Shown in pieces: positions 9,630 through 19,969 of a stretch of DNA of 64,000 bases. The translations under genes and the position numbers were made by a program. Within the stretch, counting starts at the first letter, position 1; every line of letters begins with the position of its first letter. The DNA lies in the NCBI GenBank assembly GCA_951813015.1, contig CATOTG010000002.1, forward strand, positions 325,310 through 389,309, written 5' to 3'. This stretch comes from an uncultured Thermoanaerobaculia bacterium. GTDB lineage: Bacteria; Acidobacteriota; Thermoanaerobaculia; Multivoradales; Multivoraceae. The notes under the pieces were generated by a model. It was given only the letters and a program-made list of their open reading frames with translations. It had not been told where the DNA came from and made no database searches.

Positions 9630-10174
9630 CCCGTCGTCTCTCACTCTGTGCCCTCCCGATCCTGCTGCTCGCAGCGGCGACGCCTTCCCTGTTTGCCCGG
9701 CAGGCGGACACCGGCGCCGCTCGGGTCGCCATCATCAACGTGGAAGCGGTCGTCGCCGAAGCGCGGGAAGGCAAGGAGCTTGCGGCGTTCCTGCAGCAGG
9801 TCCAGACCGAGACCAGGGCGGCGCTCGAAGCCAATGCCAGCCAGGAACAGAGCCTGCGCCAGAGCGCGGCCGGCAAGGGACCGGACGAACTCCGCAGCAT
9901 CCAGCACCAGGTCCAGGATCTGCAACGGGAGTCGCAACGGCTTGCCGACGATGCCCAGCGCCGGGCGTCGAAGCGCGAAGAGGAGACGCTGCGACAGATC
10001 AACGAGCGGCTGCGTCCGATCGTCCAGCAGTTGATCGACGAGGGAGGCTACGACCTCATCCTGAACGCCAGCATTGGCGGCGTGCTCCACGCCAGCGCCC
10101 GGGTCGACCTGACCCCGCGGGTCATCGGCCTGCTCCAGGCGCGGGAACAGTCGGAGTCGAGCGAGGAACCGTAG
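9626..10174 (+). CDS. OmpH/Skp-family periplasmic chaperone
   Basis: Signal peptide (LCALPILLLAAATPSLFA), then a Gln/Glu/Arg-rich coiled-coil region typical of Skp/OmpH. 182 aa. Confidence 0.7.
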   Translation: MTRRLSLCALPILLLAAATPSLFARQADTGAARVAIINVEAVVAEAREGKELAAFLQQVQTETRAALEANASQEQSLRQSAAGKGPDELRSIQHQVQDLQRESQRLADDAQRRASKREEETLRQINERLRPIVQQLIDEGGYDLILNASIGGVLHASARVDLTPRVIGLLQAREQSESSEEP

Positions 10175-10208
10175 GGCCCGCGGCCGGTCCCGAGGGTTGC
10201 CACGGGCT

Positions 10209-11519
10209 CTAGGGAGGCGCCGGGCGGCTGCCGTACAGCTCGTACGAGCGGCTGTGGCGATTCGCCAGGTCGACGTCGCGGCCACGGATGATCACGTGGT
10301 GCACCGCGGTCCGCACCTCCAACGGGTCGCCGTCGGTGACGACGAGATTCGCCCACTTGCCCGCATCGATCGACCCCAGGCGGTCGTCGAGGCCGAGGAT
10401 CTCGGCCGCGCCAAGCGTCAGGGCTCGCAGTGCTGCCTCCGGGTCGAGACCGAAGGCGACGGCCGTGGCCACTTCGTAGGGCAGGACCCGGGCGCTCGAC
10501 GAGTCGAAGGTGCCGAAAGCGATCGGCACGCCGGCACGCTCGAGATCGCCGGGCGCCGTGAAGGGGCCGTCGTAGGCATCGTCTTCCTGGACCGGAAGCG
10601 CCTGGACGGCGCCCAGGATGACGGGTATCCCCTTCTCGGCGAGCAACTCGGCCTCCTGCGCCGCGTCGCGCCCCGAAGCGAGGACCAGGCGCAAGCCGTG
10701 CTGCCCGGCAAACGCGACCGCATCCCGGATCGCCCGGGCACGGTCGGCCAAAACGACCAGGGGCAACTCGCCCCGTGTGAGCTTCGCCACGGCTGCCAGA
10801 GCGTGGTTGTGCTCCACCGTCGCTCCCGATCCGGCGGCAGACCGTGCATGTTCGTACTGGCGGGCCGCGTCGATCCAATCGCCCAGTTCGTCGATCGTCC
10901 GGTCGTAGTCCTTCTTCGCCTCGGAGAACTTCTTCTCCCGCACGCTGAAGGTCGAGAAGTCGAACTCGCGGGTCTCGAGACTGGGCCACTCGAGCACCAC
11001 GCCGACGCCGGGCTCGATCGCCATCTCCTCCACGGTCCAGCCGTCGAGGAGAATCGCCGACGCCTGGCCCGCCCAGGGGCCGCCGCCGGGCGCCGACAAC
11101 ACGTGAGTGATGCCGTTGGCCCGCGTTACCGGGATGATCTCGCTCGCCGGGTGGACCGCCTCCAGCGCCCGCAGATGAGGCGTGTCTCCCAACTCGCTGT
11201 CGTCCTGCGTGGCCGCAATCGAGCCGATCTCGACCAGACCGACCGAGGTGAAGGCGTTGAACAGGCCCGGATAGACGTGCAACCCCGTCGCGTCGATCAC
11301 TTCGGCGTCCGACGGCGCCTCCACGCCGGCGCCTGCCGCTGCGATCAGTCCGTCGCGCACGACCACGGCGCCGGCATAGGACGGCCCCGAAACCGGATGC
11401 ACCGTGCCGCCCTGAATCGCCACCGTCTGTGCCGCGGCGTACGGGACCCAAGTCGCCGCCAGGGTCAGCAGCCCCGCGATGACGACTGGCAGCGACACCC
11501 GGCCCGCGCGCCGTGTCAC
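10209..11519 (-). CDS. Amidohydrolase-fold protein lacking the HxH metal-binding motif, with signal peptide
   Basis: Start set at GTG 11519 (VTRRAGRVSLPVVIAGLLTLA...), preceded by GGAAGGAAGGTGG. Where the HxH motif is expected the protein reads PGLFNAFTSVGL. The C-terminus has amidohydrolase-like D-box motifs. Confidence 0.7.
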   Translation of the reverse strand: MTRRAGRVSLPVVIAGLLTLAATWVPYAAAQTVAIQGGTVHPVSGPSYAGAVVVRDGLIAAAGAGVEAPSDAEVIDATGLHVYPGLFNAFTSVGLVEIGSIAATQDDSELGDTPHLRALEAVHPASEIIPVTRANGITHVLSAPGGGPWAGQASAILLDGWTVEEMAIEPGVGVVLEWPSLETREFDFSTFSVREKKFSEAKKDYDRTIDELGDWIDAARQYEHARSAAGSGATVEHNHALAAVAKLTRGELPLVVLADRARAIRDAVAFAGQHGLRLVLASGRDAAQEAELLAEKGIPVILGAVQALPVQEDDAYDGPFTAPGDLERAGVPIAFGTFDSSSARVLPYEVATAVAFGLDPEAALRALTLGAAEILGLDDRLGSIDAGKWANLVVTDGDPLEVRTAVHHVIIRGRDVDLANRHSRSYELYGSRPAPP

Positions 11520-11680
11520 TTGTCCACCTTCCTTCCCTGGCTGCCAGTTGGCGATTGTCCAGGTACGACTGCCATTGGCGCAGTCGCGCTTCTCCTTCGC
11601 CGCTGTAGACGTTCTTCGTGCGGGCTGAACAGCCGGATGGTTTGCGGGCGCCGGTTCGGGTGGTGGTTGCATTGGTCGGC

Positions 11681-14647
11681 TCACGGCGCCTCTCCACCCT
11701 CGTCGTCGTCCGATTCCAGGAGCGACTGCTCGAGCGCCGCCAGGTGCTCCCGCCGGACGCGGTCCAGTTCGCGGTCGAAGTAGACCCTGCCGTCGACCAG
11801 GGTGGTCTGGACCACCGCATAGGAACTCAGCGGATGCCCGTCGTAGACGACGAGATCGGCGTCCTTGCCGACCTCGATCGAACCGACGCGGCCGTCGATC
11901 CGAAGCTGCTTCGCGGGATTGATCGTGACCAGCGCGAGTGCCTGCTCGTCGCTCAAGCCTCCCCACCTGACCGCCTTGGCCGCCTCGTGGTTCAGGTGGC
12001 GCATCTCCTCCGCGTCGTCCGAGTTGATCGACACGAGCACGCCGCGGTCGGTCATCAGGGCCGCGTTGTGCGGAATCGCCTCGAAGGCCTCGACCTTGTA
12101 GGCCCACCAGTCGGAGAAGGTCGAAGCCCCCGCGCCGTGGGCAGCGATCTCGTCAGCCACCCGGTATCCCTCGAGCACGTGCTGCAGGGTCGCGATACGA
12201 AAGCCGAACTCCTCCGCCAGACGGAGCAACTGCAGGATTTCGTCGGCCCGGTAGCTGTGGGCGTGGACCAGTCGTTCCCCTTCCAGAATCTCGACCAGGG
12301 CTTCAAGCTCCAGGTCGCGGGCCGGCGGCCGGCTGCGCTCTCCGGCGGCTTCCGCCTGCCGGTGACCCACCCATGCCGCCTGGTACTCCGCGGCCTCGGT
12401 GAACGCCTGCCGGATCACGTCCAGCACGCCCATCCGGGTCGCCGGATAGCGTCGGGGGCCCTGTCCGAAGGACCGCGACCGCTTCGGGTTCTCGCCCAGC
12501 GCGAACTTGATACCGGGAGGCGCGCCCTCGAAACGCAAACCGTCGGCGTCCTGCCCCCAGCGCAGCTTGAGCACCTGGTTCTGACCGCCAATCGGGTTCG
12601 CGCTGCCGTGCAGCACGTTGATCGTCGTCACGCCACCGGCAAGGGCGCGGTAGATCGCGATGTCGGTCGGATCGACCACGTCGGCCACCCGCACCATGGA
12701 CGTCACCGCCAGACTGCCCTCGTTGATCCCGCCCTCGGCCGCGATGTGGGAATGCGCGTCGATGATGCCGGGCGTCACGTACCGGCCCGCGGCATCGATC
12801 ACGTGGGCGCCGCGCGGCGGCCGCACGCGCGTGCCGACCGCGGCGATCCGACCGTCGCGCACGACGACCGTGCCGCCCTCGATCGTCTCGCCGGCCATCG
12901 TCAGGACCGTTCCGCCGACGATCGCCAGCACGCCGTCTTCGCGGTACGGACCCGTCATCGGCACGCCGGAGTCGCCCGCGACCTCCTCGTACTTCTCTGC
13001 CACCTCGGCCAACCGCATCGGTGGCAGCGCCTCACCCGAGGCTCCGGGCGGACCACCCCGGCCACCCGGACCGCGTGCGCCGCGTCCCCGCGGTCGCGAC
13101 TCGTCCGGCGCCACCGCCTCCTCGGAGGATTCCGCTCCGGGCGCGGCCTCCGCAGCGGCCTCGCCGCTCCCGCCTTCGTCTTCGGCGTCTTCGGCGGCCT
13201 CGGTGTCTCCGGTGTGGTCGGAATCTTCGGTCCCTTCGGTGTCCTCGGTACGTTCGGAGTCGGTACCTTCGGCATCCTTGGCCTCTTCGCCGTCTTCACG
13301 GTCCGCCGCGGCGTAGCGGCGGCCGTCGATGAACACCGCCTCGACCCGGGCCGATTCCTGCCAGGGATAGCCGTCGGCGAGCACGAGGTCCGCCGCCATC
13401 CCCTCGGCCACCGTGCCAAGCCGATCCTCCAGTCCGTAGACCGCCGCCGCGTCGCGCGTCAGCGCCGTGAGCGCCCGCGCCGGGTCCAGCCCTGCCGCGA
13501 CCGCGCGGCGCAGGCCGGCCAGGAACTCGTCCGGGCTTCCGGCGCCGCCGGAGGAGAAAGCGAACGGCGCTCCGGCTTCAGCCAGCTCGACCGGCGTCGA
13601 TGGCGCCAGCCGTTCGTGGAGGATCTCCCTCAAGGGCCGGTCCGCGTCCGGATCCCGGTCGCGCTCCGGCAGCGGCGCAGGCCAGTCGACGTCAACGAGG
13701 ACCGGCACGCCGCCGGCGGCGAGTTCCCCGGCGAGGCGGTATGCCTCCTGGCCGCCATAGACGATCGAGTTCAGGCCGAACTCTTCGCGCAGGCGCAGCG
13801 CACGCCCTATCTCGGCGGCGCTTGAACCCGGCAGCAGGATGCGCTCGTTTCCAGCCGCCGCCGGCGCAAGGGGCGCCAGCGCGCGATCGTAGTCGGGCCG
13901 CCGCCAGCCCGCGGGATCCGCCTCGAACGCCGCGACCGAGGCGGCATGGTGACCGGCGTCCAGCAGCACCTGCCGGACATAGGCGATCTGGCCCATCAGC
14001 GAACCGGGATAGGAACCGAACCCGGCGCCCGTGTCGAACGAAGCCATCTGCGCGAGTTCAGGCGCCACGACCTGATGTTCCGGATCGGCCCCCGGTTCAC
14101 CGAACCGCACGAGCGACAATCGCCCCGGGAACAGCCCCTGCCCGGCTCGCGCCGCAACCGAAGTGAACCCCGCCTTGCGCCAGGTCTCGACCGCCTCCGG
14201 GTCGAGCGCCAGATCGTCCGCAGCCCGCTTCCACGGGGTCGTCTGCGGGCGGTCCTCCGGACCACGCGGCAGCTGCTGGTCAGGGTCCGGCCGGCGTCGG
14301 GGGCCACTCCGACCCGGTTCGCCGGCGCCTGGGCCGCCGGGACGTCGCGGCGCCGGCAGCGTGCCCAGGGCGTCGATCAACCCCGGGAACACGGTCAACC
14401 CCTCGCCGTCGACGACCCAGGCATGAGCCGGAACAGCCGCATCTTCTCCCACCGCGGTGATCGTCCCGTTTTCGATGACGACGGTCGCCCGCTCGATCAC
14501 CGTCCCGTCACCGACCTCGACCCGCACGTTCTCGATCGCATGGAACGGCGGCGGCTCGGGTGGCGGTCCAGCAACCGACGCGCTGCCAGCGGCCAAGCCC
14601 AAAGCCAACGAAAGCAGCACCGCGCGAACTGATTCAAACCGCCTCAT
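11681..14647 (-). CDS. Fused double amidohydrolase: N-terminal module lacking HxH, an acidic Asp/Glu/Thr linker, then a catalytic module with HxH
   Basis: 989-aa ORF from ATG 14647 ([21 protein letters not shown], signal peptide). N-module has [11 protein letters not shown] (no His). The linker is [35 protein letters not shown].... C-module has [16 protein letters not shown] (HxH). Confidence 0.7.
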   Translation of the reverse strand: MRRFESVRAVLLSLALGLAAGSASVAGPPPEPPPFHAIENVRVEVGDGTVIERATVVIENGTITAVGEDAAVPAHAWVVDGEGLTVFPGLIDALGTLPAPRRPGGPGAGEPGRSGPRRRPDPDQQLPRGPEDRPQTTPWKRAADDLALDPEAVETWRKAGFTSVAARAGQGLFPGRLSLVRFGEPGADPEHQVVAPELAQMASFDTGAGFGSYPGSLMGQIAYVRQVLLDAGHHAASVAAFEADPAGWRRPDYDRALAPLAPAAAGNERILLPGSSAAEIGRALRLREEFGLNSIVYGGQEAYRLAGELAAGGVPVLVDVDWPAPLPERDRDPDADRPLREILHERLAPSTPVELAEAGAPFAFSSGGAGSPDEFLAGLRRAVAAGLDPARALTALTRDAAAVYGLEDRLGTVAEGMAADLVLADGYPWQESARVEAVFIDGRRYAAADREDGEEAKDAEGTDSERTEDTEGTEDSDHTGDTEAAEDAEDEGGSGEAAAEAAPGAESSEEAVAPDESRPRGRGARGPGGRGGPPGASGEALPPMRLAEVAEKYEEVAGDSGVPMTGPYREDGVLAIVGGTVLTMAGETIEGGTVVVRDGRIAAVGTRVRPPRGAHVIDAAGRYVTPGIIDAHSHIAAEGGINEGSLAVTSMVRVADVVDPTDIAIYRALAGGVTTINVLHGSANPIGGQNQVLKLRWGQDADGLRFEGAPPGIKFALGENPKRSRSFGQGPRRYPATRMGVLDVIRQAFTEAAEYQAAWVGHRQAEAAGERSRPPARDLELEALVEILEGERLVHAHSYRADEILQLLRLAEEFGFRIATLQHVLEGYRVADEIAAHGAGASTFSDWWAYKVEAFEAIPHNAALMTDRGVLVSINSDDAEEMRHLNHEAAKAVRWGGLSDEQALALVTINPAKQLRIDGRVGSIEVGKDADLVVYDGHPLSSYAVVQTTLVDGRVYFDRELDRVRREHLAALEQSLLESDDDEGGEAP

Positions 14648-14845
14648 GGCAAGTCGCGAGAGCCTAGCAGCCCGTGGCAGAAGTCGCGCTGCATTCCAGC
14701 GCTCCACGCCGGGCGCGGGCGGAAGGCCTTGATTCCCTGCGGGTCGAGAGCCGCGCCGGCGCCAAGTTGCCGATTCCGGAGTGGTTTCCTCACATCGGTC
14801 ACCGAAGTTCCCGACTTTGGAACGGCCCTGGACGGCAGTCATCAA

Positions 14846-15514
14846 CTACACGTCCGGCAACCCGTTGCGCGGACACCAGTCCGCCAGCGTGCAGTTCGCG
14901 CAGTCGGGCCGTCGCGCGGAGCAGACGCGGCGGCCGTGCCAGATGATCGCGTGGCCCATGAAGATCCACTTGTCCTGCGGCAGCCGGTGCATGAGGTCCC
15001 GCTCGACGCGGACCGGATCGGTCTCGGGGGTCATGCCCAGACGTCGGGCCAGTCGGCCGACGTGCGTATCGACGACCACGCCGACCGGCTTCCCGAACCA
15101 GGTTCCCAGCACCACGTTCGCCGTCTTCCGCGCCACGCCTGGCAGGGTGATCAGGTCCTCCATCGTGTCCGGCGTCTCGCCGCCGAAGTCCTCGGCGATC
15201 CTCCTGGCCGCGCCGAGAACGCTCTTCGTCTTGTTGCGGAAAAAGCCGGTGCTTCGGATCTCCTGCTCGAAGACCGCCGGATCGGCGGCCGCGAACTCCT
15301 CCGCACTGCGATAGCGCTCAAAGAGCGTCTCCGTGACCTGGTTCACGCGCACATCGGTCGACTGGGCCGAGAGGATCGTCGCGATCAGGAGCTGCAGCGC
15401 GTTCTCGTGCCGCAGTTCGCAGTCGGCGTCCGGGTAGAGTCGTTCAAGTTCGGCCAGCGCCTGCCGAAGCGCCGACTCGGGAATCGGTTCGAACGGACCT
15501 TCCGGTCTGGGCAC
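14846..15514 (-). CDS. nth: Endonuclease III (DNA glycosylase/AP lyase)
   Basis: HhH-GPD motifs LPGVARKTANVV and C-terminal [4Fe-4S] cysteines CSARRPDCANCTLADWC. GTG start at 15514 (VPRPEGPFEPIPES) lies 2 nt after the upstream M20 gene stop. The 510-aa ORF trims to 223 aa. Confidence 0.85.
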   Translation of the reverse strand: MPRPEGPFEPIPESALRQALAELERLYPDADCELRHENALQLLIATILSAQSTDVRVNQVTETLFERYRSAEEFAAADPAVFEQEIRSTGFFRNKTKSVLGAARRIAEDFGGETPDTMEDLITLPGVARKTANVVLGTWFGKPVGVVVDTHVGRLARRLGMTPETDPVRVERDLMHRLPQDKWIFMGHAIIWHGRRVCSARRPDCANCTLADWCPRNGLPDV

Positions 15515-15516
15515 CG

Positions 15517-16857
15517 CTACGGCTGCAGCAGGTCGAGGACAGCCAGGGTCATCGCCTCGACCCCCGCCCGGATTGCCGGCTCGGGTTCGATGCGAAAATA
15601 GGGCGAGTGGTGCGACGGCACCGGCGCTCCGCCCGCGGCCTCCGCCTCGAGATCCACGGGGGACGTGCCGCCGACGTTGAAGTAGGCGCCGGGCACCTGG
15701 TGCTTCGTGCCGACGAAGTAGGCGAAGTCCTCGGCGCCCATGCCCGAGGGCGGCTCGCTGTAGAACACGTCCTCGCCCATGCCGGCGGCAATCGCGGTGC
15801 GCACCCGGGCCGCAAGTTCCGGATCGTTCACCGTGACCGGCGTCGATTCCCGCGTACGCACCACCTTCGGCAGCAGCGAGGCCGGAAGCCCGGCCGACCT
15901 GCCGACGCCCTCCGCGATCCGCTCGATGGCCGAAAGCAACTGCTCCCGCGTTTCCTCGCTGTTCGCCCGCACCGTGAGCTGGAGTTCGACCCGGTCCGGA
16001 ATCACGTTGTGCTTGAAGCCTCCGTGGAACGAGCCCACGGTGACCACGCCGGGCTCGAGCGGGTCGAGTTCCCGGCTCACGATGCCCTGAAGCGCGACGA
16101 CGAGTTGCGCCGCGATGTAGATCGGGTCCTTGCCCCGGTGGGGCGACGCCCCGTGCGCGCCGACGCCGAACACCGTGATGTCCACGCTGTCCGAAGACGA
16201 CGCGAGCAGACCGGGCGGCACGTCGATCTTCCCCGCCGGCCGACCCGCCGAAACGTGGAGCGCCAGTGCGTAGTCCGGCACGCCGAAGCGCTCGTACAGG
16301 CCGTCCTCGAGCATCTCGCGGGCGCCCATGATCCGTTCCTCCGCCGGCTGGCCGACGAACATGACCGTTCCCGCCCACTCGTCGCGCATCGCGGCGAGCC
16401 GGCGCGCCACGCCGACCATCGTCGTGATGTGCATGTCGTGGCCGCAGGCGTGCATGACCGGGACTTCCTCGCCCGAGAGGTCGACCTGCCTGGCAGTCGA
16501 TGCGTAGGGCAGCTCCGATCTCTCCGCGACCGGAAGACCGTCCATGTCCGCCCGCACCAGAACCAGCGGACCGTCGCCGTTCTCCATCATGCCGACGATG
16601 CCGGTGCGTCCGATCCCCTCCGCGACGTCGACTCCCGACTTCCGCAGCTCGACGGCCAGCCGGGCCGCCGTTTCGTGCTCCAGGAAGGACAGCTCCGGGT
16701 TGCGGTGGAAGTGCTCGAAGAGCGACCTGAGCTCGTTCCGGTAGTCGTCCGCTACGGCGTCGGCGAGGTCCTGGGCGACGCCGGCCGCCGGCAAGGCGGC
16801 GAAGGCGACCGCCAGAGCGGGAGCGAGAGAACGAGCGAGAGAACGAGGGCTGCGCAA
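15517..16857 (-). CDS. M20-family amidohydrolase/peptidase (hippurate-hydrolase-like), secreted
   Basis: 446-aa ORF with a signal peptide. M20D motifs MHACGHDMH, VMFVGQPAEE and the dimerisation domain are present. Confidence 0.8.
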   Translation of the reverse strand: MRSPRSLARSLAPALAVAFAALPAAGVAQDLADAVADDYRNELRSLFEHFHRNPELSFLEHETAARLAVELRKSGVDVAEGIGRTGIVGMMENGDGPLVLVRADMDGLPVAERSELPYASTARQVDLSGEEVPVMHACGHDMHITTMVGVARRLAAMRDEWAGTVMFVGQPAEERIMGAREMLEDGLYERFGVPDYALALHVSAGRPAGKIDVPPGLLASSSDSVDITVFGVGAHGASPHRGKDPIYIAAQLVVALQGIVSRELDPLEPGVVTVGSFHGGFKHNVIPDRVELQLTVRANSEETREQLLSAIERIAEGVGRSAGLPASLLPKVVRTRESTPVTVNDPELAARVRTAIAAGMGEDVFYSEPPSGMGAEDFAYFVGTKHQVPGAYFNVGGTSPVDLEAEAAGGAPVPSHHSPYFRIEPEPAIRAGVEAMTLAVLDLLQP

Positions 16858-17094
16858 GGAACGCCTTTCCGACTGGACTTCCGACTCTAGCCTCTCAGGG
16901 GCGTTCTCCGCCGAAGCTGCTCGCCGTCCGGTCCATGCAGCGCCTCCAATGCACTGGCAGCCCGTGGCGAAGTCGCTTCCTCCTCCTGAGGCTGCTGGAA
17001 CAACCTCGGGGGAGGAATCGGCTGTTCCCTACTTGTCGGTCGGGAACGGGTTGTCCGGCGCCAGCTCCTCGCCCATGTTGACCGAGGACGAAGC

Positions 17095-18204
17095 CTAAGG
17101 GCAGACAACCGTGAAGGTCATGCCTCCCACGGCACCCGCGGCGCTGCGCGTGATGGAGGGCGTGATCTGATTGACGGTGTCAGCGTCCATCGTGATGGTC
17201 AGGGCCACCGGGACGGGGTAGTTGGCGGTGGCGCTGCAGTGAGTTTCGTCGCGCACGATGGTGAACGTCACGACGTGAGGGGTAGTGGTGTCCATCGTGA
17301 TGCCGGCCGCTTCCACGCCGTTCCCGAAGGCCACACTTCCCGGGCCGGAACCCCTTCTCGCCGCAAAAATCAAGCCGGTCAGACGACTTGTTCTGGCGCT
17401 TGTCATCGCAAACTCCGGGTGTCCGAGCCGTGCCTCGCCGTCCGCGGCGGTCGTGAAGTGACCGGTGCCGTTGGCCCACAGGTCGATGGTGATGACGACT
17501 TCGCCGCCCACACCGGCCGGCCGGACGACGCTGGACCCGTCGGCCACCACCGATGTCGCTCCGGTGATGGGGTTCGTGGTCGTCGCGATGGCCATCGTTC
17601 CACCGTTGCCCAGCGCGCAATTGCTGGCCCGGCGGGTGAAGGTGGTACCGCTGACGTCGTAGCCGCACAGCCTGAGAGCAGGCGCCGGCTTTTCCGCCAG
17701 GATGTTCGGCAGGATGCCGACACGCCCCGTGCTGGCCTGCTCGATCAGGACGGCGCCACGGCCATCCATCATCGCGACGTCGGCGGTGCCAGCACTCGTT
17801 ATCTCGACCGCGTCGTTCTCGAGAATGTCCATGGCAACCAGATTGCCAATGGCCGAGTTCGTGTCACGCGTCATCCAGAACCAGCCGCCATCCATGATCG
17901 GGCCGAGCTCGAACTTGTTGCCATCGCCAGCCATGTCGCAGGCGAGGCCATTGTCCATCGTGAACAGCGCGGAGACCATGCCGTCGTCGTTGGCAGCAAG
18001 CTCGCCGCTTCGGGTGACGCCGCCGCAACTGGCGACCCAGGTCACCATCTCGGCGCCGTCGGCCGTGGCAATGAGTCCGCCATTGCCCATGTAGACGGAC
18101 ACGGCGTGCGTGCAGTCGTCGCATTTGACGCTGGTCTGACCGAACGCCATCGCCGGAATCGCGCAAAGAACCAGCGCTATCGTGAGCTGCTTCATCAGCT
18201 TCAT
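17095..18204 (-). CDS. Secreted hypothetical protein of unknown function (Cys-containing, Gly/Thr/Ala-rich)
   Basis: 369 aa. Strong RBS GGAGGG 9 nt upstream of ATG 18204. Signal peptide MKLMKQLTIALVLCAIPAMAFG|QTS. Several Cys (CDDC, C...C) are present. I recognise no family. Confidence 0.6.
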   Translation of the reverse strand: MKLMKQLTIALVLCAIPAMAFGQTSVKCDDCTHAVSVYMGNGGLIATADGAEMVTWVASCGGVTRSGELAANDDGMVSALFTMDNGLACDMAGDGNKFELGPIMDGGWFWMTRDTNSAIGNLVAMDILENDAVEITSAGTADVAMMDGRGAVLIEQASTGRVGILPNILAEKPAPALRLCGYDVSGTTFTRRASNCALGNGGTMAIATTTNPITGATSVVADGSSVVRPAGVGGEVVITIDLWANGTGHFTTAADGEARLGHPEFAMTSARTSRLTGLIFAARRGSGPGSVAFGNGVEAAGITMDTTTPHVVTFTIVRDETHCSATANYPVPVALTITMDADTVNQITPSITRSAAGAVGGMTFTVVCP

Positions 18205-18253
18205 CAGTCTGTTCCCTCCTTGAGCGGCTCGTCGCCGCCGTTAATTGACCGAC

Positions 18254-18267
18254 CCGGCAATTGCCGG
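18254..18267. promoter_or_regulatory. Perfect 14-bp palindrome ccggcaattgccgg ~50 bp upstream of the secreted-protein gene start; candidate operator
   Basis: Seen directly in the sequence, inside the 650-bp intergenic/promoter region. Confidence 0.3.
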
Positions 18268-18854
18268 ACGACCTTCGCGCCGACGGCGTGTTCCCGCGTC
18301 GAGCGACGAAATCGCGGCGGCGAGCAGCGCCGCGATGATCAGCCCGATCACGCCGACCGGCATCCATTCAATCCGAAGATCAAAGCCGCGACAATGCGGA
18401 CAAACCGCGCTGTCACGACCGCTTACGTTCTCTCAAGATGGCTGCCAAGGCTCAACGAGCCGCCAGCCGCCACCCTGACGTGAGGGGAACTGTAGCGGAA
18501 ACGATGGTCAAGACGCCAGTCGCGCCAAAGGTATCAGCCCAAGGGTCACGAACGGATCGAGAAGCGGCGTTCCAACCGAATCCAGTTCCTCTGAAGCGCG
18601 ACACCATAGGGCCTCCGACGGTCTTCGTCAAGGTTCCGGTGTGTGGGAGTCAAACTGCTGAGGGCATTGGGGTTCAGGAGCGTCGGCGAGCCGGGGCAAT
18701 CGTCGGCAACCGGCGCCACATCCTGATCCCGGCAAAGTGGCAGATCCCGAGCACCCCGACGAGATCCCGGATCACCCGTGCGGAGGTCCGCGCGCAGGCG
18801 GATGAAGCGGACGCCATGCCGCGACTGGAGGACTCCGTCGGGACGTTCGAGCTG

Positions 18855-19835
18855 CTAGAACCGTCCCGTCAGCTTCCAGGCGTAGTCGAGCGCATGGCCC
18901 AGGGAATCGGTGAAGGCCCTTCCCTGCCAGGCGATATCGAAGGCGGTGCCGTGGTCCACCGACGTGCGGACGATCGGCAGGCCGACCGTCACGTTGACGC
19001 CCCGCTCGAAGCCGTAGAGCTTCATCGGCGCGTGGCCCTGGTCGTGGTACATGCAGACCACGCCGTCGTAGCGGTCGAGGTGGATCGCCTGGCGGAAGAT
19101 CGTGTCCGCCGGATGCGGGCCGGACACATCCAGACCGTCGGCGGCCGCCCGCTCGATCGTCGGCCGGATGATCTCCTCGTCCTCGGTTCCGAACAGGCCG
19201 TGCTCCCCCGCATGCGGGTTCAGCCCGCAGACCGCGACCCGCGGACGCGCGACGAACCGCGACAGGGCCTCGTGAGTCAAGTCGATCACCTTGCGGATCC
19301 GCACCGGTTCCACGCGCTCGATCGCCTCGCGCAGGCTGACATGAGCGCTGACGTGGGTCACCGCCAGTTCCGGCACGGTCAGCATCATCGCGAAGTCCTC
19401 GGCGCCGCACAGGTCCGCGATGAACTCGGTGTGCCCCCTGAAGTCCGGCCGCGAGGCTCTGGTCGCCTCCTTGTTCATCGGCAAGGTCACGACCCCCGCC
19501 ACCCTGCCCGCCACGGCGTCGCGCGTCGCCCGCTCCACATAGGCCAGCGCCGCCGCACCCGCCTCCGGGCTCAGCACGCCGGGCGTCACGCGGTCAGCGC
19601 TCAACAGCCGTAGATCGCGGACGTTCAGCGCCCCGTCCACCGTCTCGTCCAGACGATCGACCGGGTGAATCGACACGTCCAGGCCCAGCACTTCAGCCGC
19701 ACGCAGCAGGACCGACGCATCCCCATACACCACGGCATCGCTTCCCAGCAGCCCCTTGGCAAACCTGCAAACCGCGATCTCCGGGCCCACGCCGGAAGCA
19801 TCCCCCATCGTCACCGCCATGCGACGCTCGGTCAT
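18855..19835 (-). CDS. pdxA: 4-hydroxythreonine-4-phosphate dehydrogenase
   Basis: 326 aa. PdxA motifs AVTMGDASGVGPEI, GHTEF and HPHAGE are present. Confidence 0.85.
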   Translation of the reverse strand: MTERRMAVTMGDASGVGPEIAVCRFAKGLLGSDAVVYGDASVLLRAAEVLGLDVSIHPVDRLDETVDGALNVRDLRLLSADRVTPGVLSPEAGAAALAYVERATRDAVAGRVAGVVTLPMNKEATRASRPDFRGHTEFIADLCGAEDFAMMLTVPELAVTHVSAHVSLREAIERVEPVRIRKVIDLTHEALSRFVARPRVAVCGLNPHAGEHGLFGTEDEEIIRPTIERAAADGLDVSGPHPADTIFRQAIHLDRYDGVVCMYHDQGHAPMKLYGFERGVNVTVGLPIVRTSVDHGTAFDIAWQGRAFTDSLGHALDYAWKLTGRF

Positions 19836-19969
19836 CGCCGAAATCTACTCTGCTCCTTCTTGCACCGGGCTCGCCATGCGCTTGCAACCCGCTTGCAACC
19901 CACGGTCGACGACTCCATCCCTCGGCGACCGCCAGCCCGCCACGGTCCGCGCGGGCGCCCGGCGCCGGA

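Noticed and set aside
10048-13825. ORFs 10048..11820 (-) and 11618..13825 (+), 590 and 735 aa
   Set aside because: They lie out of frame or antisense to the amidohydrolase genes, are low-complexity and Arg-rich, and have no recognisable domains.
14846-16378. 510-aa ORF read as one long nth gene
   Set aside because: Only the last 223 codons match endonuclease III. The upstream part is the out-of-frame extension over the M20 peptidase gene, whose own frame is strongly supported.
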